From a virus: DNA of 52,407 nt. This document shows, piece after piece, positions 49,298 to 52,407 of this stretch (its first letter is position 1; each line of letters starts with the position of its first letter). The notes beneath the pieces were generated by a model. That model was not told the origin of the DNA and ran no database searches. It saw only the letters and a program-made list of their open reading frames with translations. Made by a program: the position numbers and the translations under genes. The DNA is taken from the UHGV virus genome UHGV-0113213. The stretch is one strand, 5' to 3'.

Positions 49298-49500
49298 GAC
49301 GGGTAATCTTTTATTCAGTTGAAACGTTTATCGACGATACGCGCGTTTATTATCCGTGGGAAGTATACGACGCAAAGGTGTATACACCGCCACTGATGCG
49401 GAAATATAAACACGTAAAATTTAACCGGGTTTTTGTGCCAATGCACGATGCATTGCGGGCGCTGCGTGGGGAATTGCGAAACACAATGCGGATTGTGTAA
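49294..49500 (+). CDS. hypothetical protein
   Basis: 68 aa, ATGA-coupled. Confidence 0.5.
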   Translation: MRRVIFYSVETFIDDTRVYYPWEVYDAKVYTPPLMRKYKHVKFNRVFVPMHDALRALRGELRNTMRIV

Positions 49501-49508
49501 GGGGAGTT

Positions 49509-49706
49509 ATGGACAAGGAACTGGATTTAACTGTTGAAGACCTGAGCACGATTGCGGAATACATGCGCGGCGATGATCCTGATCGCCCTGTTGTCGTTGA
49601 TATGAAAAAACTTAAAAACGATTTTATGGCTAGTTCAAGGCTCATTTCTTTATGGGCGATCATGTATGCGCGTGCACCGCGTGAAAATAGTAACGGTGTA
49701 TCATGA
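49509..49706 (+). CDS. hypothetical protein
   Basis: 65 aa, coupled to ninB. Confidence 0.5.
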   Translation: MDKELDLTVEDLSTIAEYMRGDDPDRPVVVDMKKLKNDFMASSRLISLWAIMYARAPRENSNGVS

Positions 49707-50134
49707 AACAAATTAGATTTGAAATAGTTAATGACGCTGTGAAAGAAAATGCTATCAGGCAGATAAGGGAAATACAGCCTGATAGCAAAAGCCCGCTGAT
49801 AATTACCATCCAGGAGAAAACCCGCTCGCTAAGCCAAAATGCGTTGCTTTGGGCGCTGTTGACCGACATTAGCGATCAGGTTAATTGGTACGGTAAGAAG
49901 CTGTCGCCGGAAGACTGGAAAGCGGTATTCACTGCCGGACTTAAGAAATATGGCGTAGTCCCTAACCTGGATAAATCAGGCTTCGTTGTATTGGGAACGT
50001 CTACAAGTCGAATGAGTAAATCAGAATTCAGCGAACTAATCGAATTGATTTACTCGTTCGGTGCGGAGCATGATGTTCAATGGTCGGGTGATACGAAATT
50101 AAATGAGGAATTCATAAAACGCTGGGGGCAATAA
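49703..50134 (+). CDS. ninB: recombination protein NinB (Orf family)
   Basis: 143 aa. Aligns by eye with lambda NinB (F.I.......NAI..I..I.PD...P....IQE..RSL.QN..LWA.L.D.S.QV.W.G..L...WK.VFTA.LK....VPNL...GFVV.G.STSRM...EF.EL.EL...FG). Confidence 0.9.
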   Translation: MKQIRFEIVNDAVKENAIRQIREIQPDSKSPLIITIQEKTRSLSQNALLWALLTDISDQVNWYGKKLSPEDWKAVFTAGLKKYGVVPNLDKSGFVVLGTSTSRMSKSEFSELIELIYSFGAEHDVQWSGDTKLNEEFIKRWGQ

Positions 50135-50310
50135 TGGCGCGTTATTATATGGCTAAACCTACCGGAATTTTGTATAAGATTGATGGCGAATACGTTTTTT
50201 ATTTTCACAACCAGGCGCGAGAGTGGCGATTGTGTCACGCGCACTTTCAGCACGAAATAGAAAACCACCCTGAATATTTTATTAAGGTTGACAATGTAAC
50301 GGTGGCGTAA
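50134..50310 (+). CDS. hypothetical small protein
   Basis: 58 aa (below the cutoff): MARYYMAKPTGILYKIDGEYVFYFHNQAREWRLCHAHFQHEIENHPEYFIKVDNVTVA. TAATG overlap with ninB. Confidence 0.5.
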   Translation: MARYYMAKPTGILYKIDGEYVFYFHNQAREWRLCHAHFQHEIENHPEYFIKVDNVTVA

Positions 50311-50325
50311 CTGAGGATAGGCAAA

Positions 50326-50973
50326 ATGAATAAACTTAAAGCAATTGGCGTAATTCGCCATCGTGTAGACCCGGACTACCCTTCTTTTGAGGTTGCCACA
50401 TACCGCAACGAATACCAATATGGATCATCTTTCCTTGTGGGTGTTCGCGCTGATACTGGCGGCACTTATTCAGTTATGGCGGCTTCATGTGTTTTTGAAG
50501 AATATAAAAATATAGATGATGACGGCATGAATAAAGAAAGTGAAATCATTGATGAATTAATCGAAGATGAGCGGCATGATTGCGATAAACCGGAAGTTAC
50601 AGAATGGAAGGCAGGAGAAAAGCCGCCGTGCGGAGTGTGGCTTGATTGCATTGGATCAAGAAGCGATATAGTGATTGATGTCGTTAAGTTTTTCTACCTG
50701 GGCGATAAGTGGTCTATTGCTCACAGTAAATTAGATACAGGTATTGAAACACCAATTGCATGGAAACAATACTCGTACCGCATTCACATTGACCCGAAAG
50801 AAAAAGCACTGGCGGAAATTGCGTTTGCGCTGGCTACTAAGGTGATTGGTGAAGATGCGGCAAAAGAAATTAATTTTAACCGCGACAACGAATTTTCATG
50901 CGATTATCGCAACATGGCGCAAGCTATTATCGACGGATGTATCGGACACGTTGAATACACGGGAGGTAAATAA
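50326..50973 (+). CDS. hypothetical protein
   Basis: 215 aa, operon member. Confidence 0.55.
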   Translation: MNKLKAIGVIRHRVDPDYPSFEVATYRNEYQYGSSFLVGVRADTGGTYSVMAASCVFEEYKNIDDDGMNKESEIIDELIEDERHDCDKPEVTEWKAGEKPPCGVWLDCIGSRSDIVIDVVKFFYLGDKWSIAHSKLDTGIETPIAWKQYSYRIHIDPKEKALAEIAFALATKVIGEDAAKEINFNRDNEFSCDYRNMAQAIIDGCIGHVEYTGGK

Positions 50974-51203
50974 TGGATAAAACAGGGACAATCCTTCTTA
51001 GTCGCCCTGCCATCTGCCGGATGCTTGGTGGAATTAGCAGGGGAACATTTTATTTATGGCGTAAAAAATGGGAACGGAACGGAACTCCGTTCCCCGACCC
51101 GGTTGATGTACTTGGTAACGGTCGTGGCGTTATGTACCGCTATCAGGACGTAATGCAGTTCTTTGATCAGATTGGTTTAACGTCAGCCAAAGATAATACA
51201 TAA
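50973..51203 (+). CDS. AlpA-family HTH protein (likely excisionase / regulator)
   Basis: 76 aa. LLSRPAICRMLGGISRGTFYLWRKK....FP.PV resembles the AlpA/Xis pattern. Converges on and overlaps the integrase 3' end. Confidence 0.65.
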   Translation: MDKTGTILLSRPAICRMLGGISRGTFYLWRKKWERNGTPFPDPVDVLGNGRGVMYRYQDVMQFFDQIGLTSAKDNT

Positions 51204-52357
51204 TCAGCAAACTTATTTAGCGCCTCCTTTTGTTCGTCAAGATAATCGTATTTATCGTACACCGCCAGTATTCCCCTTAATGAATGGCCTAAGATCTTTT
51301 CCGCAATATGTACCGGAACACCTATAGCTGAAAGGTGTGTCCGGCACGTCCTGCGGAGGTCGTGACAGGACCATGATTTACCGCCCATCCTTTTACGCAC
51401 GAAGATTGCGGCTACTTTTATCACCGATGCGTTTACTGGCCTGTTACCGCCGTTAATCACTGGCGGGAACACGTAATCATACTCATGGGAGGATAACACC
51501 TCCCTGAGCATTTTTATCGACAAATCTGATAATCCCCGCCTGATTTCACTTCTTGTCTTCGCCACCGCTGCCGGGACGGTCCACACCCCGTTATCCAGGT
51601 CGAGGTGCTCCCTTCTCATTTTCTGCAACTCCCCCACCCTGCACCCGGTGAGCAATAATAGCTTTAATGCTATCTTGTTCTGACGGTAGATCTGCGAATC
51701 ATCCACCGTTCGCCAGAAATGGCCTATTTCATCGCATGATAAATAACGCTCGCCAACCGCATAATTTTCGCCAACGTCAATAACCCTGATATTGTTTATC
51801 GCTGTACTGGTCATTAGCCCGCGCCTGATAGCGCTGTTCACAACAATCTTCATTCGCTTAAGTATCAGTCCCGCCGTAACCGCGTGGCCCGCCGCAGTGA
51901 TCTCGCCGAATATGTCCATCCATTGTTTCGTACTGACATCATCGGCAATATACTCACCGAATTTATCGACAACATGGCGCTTAAGCGCGCTCCTGACGTC
52001 ATTATATGCAACCAGCTTAATAACGTTCGGCAGGGATAAATAGTCACTCACAATGGCGCTTATTGTTAATTTGCCACGCTCAATACTTATCGCTTGCTTT
52101 ACTGAAACGGTTGGATTCTTCCCCTTCGCTAATAGTTCTTTGTATTCTGCCACCGCGTGGCGTGCATCTTTCAACGTCATGCTGCCGTAATCGCCGATCT
52201 TCATCCTTACAGGCTTACCGTTGAACCTGTACCGGAACTGGAAAATAATTTTCCCTTTCGGGCTTATCCTGGCAGACAAGCCATCGCGATCTGCTATCTC
52301 GTTCGGGCCGTCATATGGCTTGTTTGCTATTGCGCGTAATTTCGTATCCGTCAGCAT
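51167..52357 (-). CDS. int: tyrosine integrase (P4-like, with an N-terminal arm-binding domain)
   Basis: 396 aa. MLTDTKLRA......G...I.D..GL.ARISPKG...F.FRYRF.GK. Catalytic-domain residues R...HDLRRT...GH...Y. Confidence 0.9.
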   Translation of the reverse strand: MLTDTKLRAIANKPYDGPNEIADRDGLSARISPKGKIIFQFRYRFNGKPVRMKIGDYGSMTLKDARHAVAEYKELLAKGKNPTVSVKQAISIERGKLTISAIVSDYLSLPNVIKLVAYNDVRSALKRHVVDKFGEYIADDVSTKQWMDIFGEITAAGHAVTAGLILKRMKIVVNSAIRRGLMTSTAINNIRVIDVGENYAVGERYLSCDEIGHFWRTVDDSQIYRQNKIALKLLLLTGCRVGELQKMRREHLDLDNGVWTVPAAVAKTRSEIRRGLSDLSIKMLREVLSSHEYDYVFPPVINGGNRPVNASVIKVAAIFVRKRMGGKSWSCHDLRRTCRTHLSAIGVPVHIAEKILGHSLRGILAVYDKYDYLDEQKEALNKFADYVLSLADVKPI

Positions 52358-52407
52358 TCTGATACCTCTTTTTGGTCACGATTTGGTACACAGTTTTATC
52401 TGAACGG

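Noticed and set aside
50166-50178. A degenerate copy of the phage motif (AATTTTGTATAAG) inside ORF 50134..50310
   Set aside because: It lacks the CC and falls within coding sequence with no nearby promoter-like context. It is likely a chance match and is not counted.
52358-52407. Attachment site or tRNA target next to the integrase
   Set aside because: Only 50 nt remain after the int start. No tRNA-like sequence or repeat can be evaluated without the other prophage end.
1-52407. CRISPR arrays, rRNA/tRNA genes, IS elements or transposases
   Set aside because: I noticed no regularly spaced direct repeats with unique spacers, no tRNA-like cloverleaf candidates in the intergenic gaps inspected, and no transposase-like ORF in the six-frame set.

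Overview
The window is almost entirely one temperate, lambda-like siphovirus prophage, read from its tail-fibre end (left) to its integrase end (right). On the minus strand, going leftward from about 43.2 kb: a CI-type S24 repressor, a PL-like promoter, an N-like antiterminator, P22-type Erf and SSB, about 20 small early ORFs, Dam and C5 methyltransferases, NinG, RusA and a Q-like antiterminator. These are followed by a roughly 6 kb block of about 26 small accessory ORFs, then pinholin, SAR endolysin and nested spanins, an HExxH protein and a tandem array of 11 micropeptide genes. Then come TerS/TerL, portal, Mu-F-like protein, scaffold, decoration protein, capsid, connector genes, tail tube, chaperone, tape measure, M, L, K, I, a 1525-aa J and the start of a tail fibre. 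On the plus strand from about 43.2 kb: PR, a nutR-like boxA/boxB, an HTH protein, a replisome organiser with internal iterons, a 3x zinc-ribbon/T5orf172 protein, an HTH-metallophosphatase, DnaB, NinB, small ORFs and an AlpA-like Xis. A P4-type integrase lies on the minus strand at the right edge. I saw no rRNA, tRNA, CRISPR array or IS element. The most unusual features are these. (1) A 959-bp run of 11 back-to-back ORFs of 20-47 aa, each encoding a single hydrophobic helix; they are invisible to a 60-aa ORF cutoff, and at least 4 similar genes lie elsewhere. (2) A 13-nt asymmetric motif, CCATTTTGTA[AT]A[AC], occurs in 8 exact and about 12 degenerate copies, nearly all in intergenic regions, including PL and PR. 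(3) Three internal promoter modules carry a near-consensus CRP palindrome exactly 25 nt upstream of the -35 hexamer. (4) The tail operon is interrupted four times by opposite-strand promoter-gene-terminator cassettes (lipoproteins, a KilAC-only protein, small paralogs). (5) There is a multi-copy small-protein family, and a zinc-ribbon/T5orf172 insertion in the replication module. All functional calls rest on my own reading of the translated ORFs and recalled family signatures. No database search was run.
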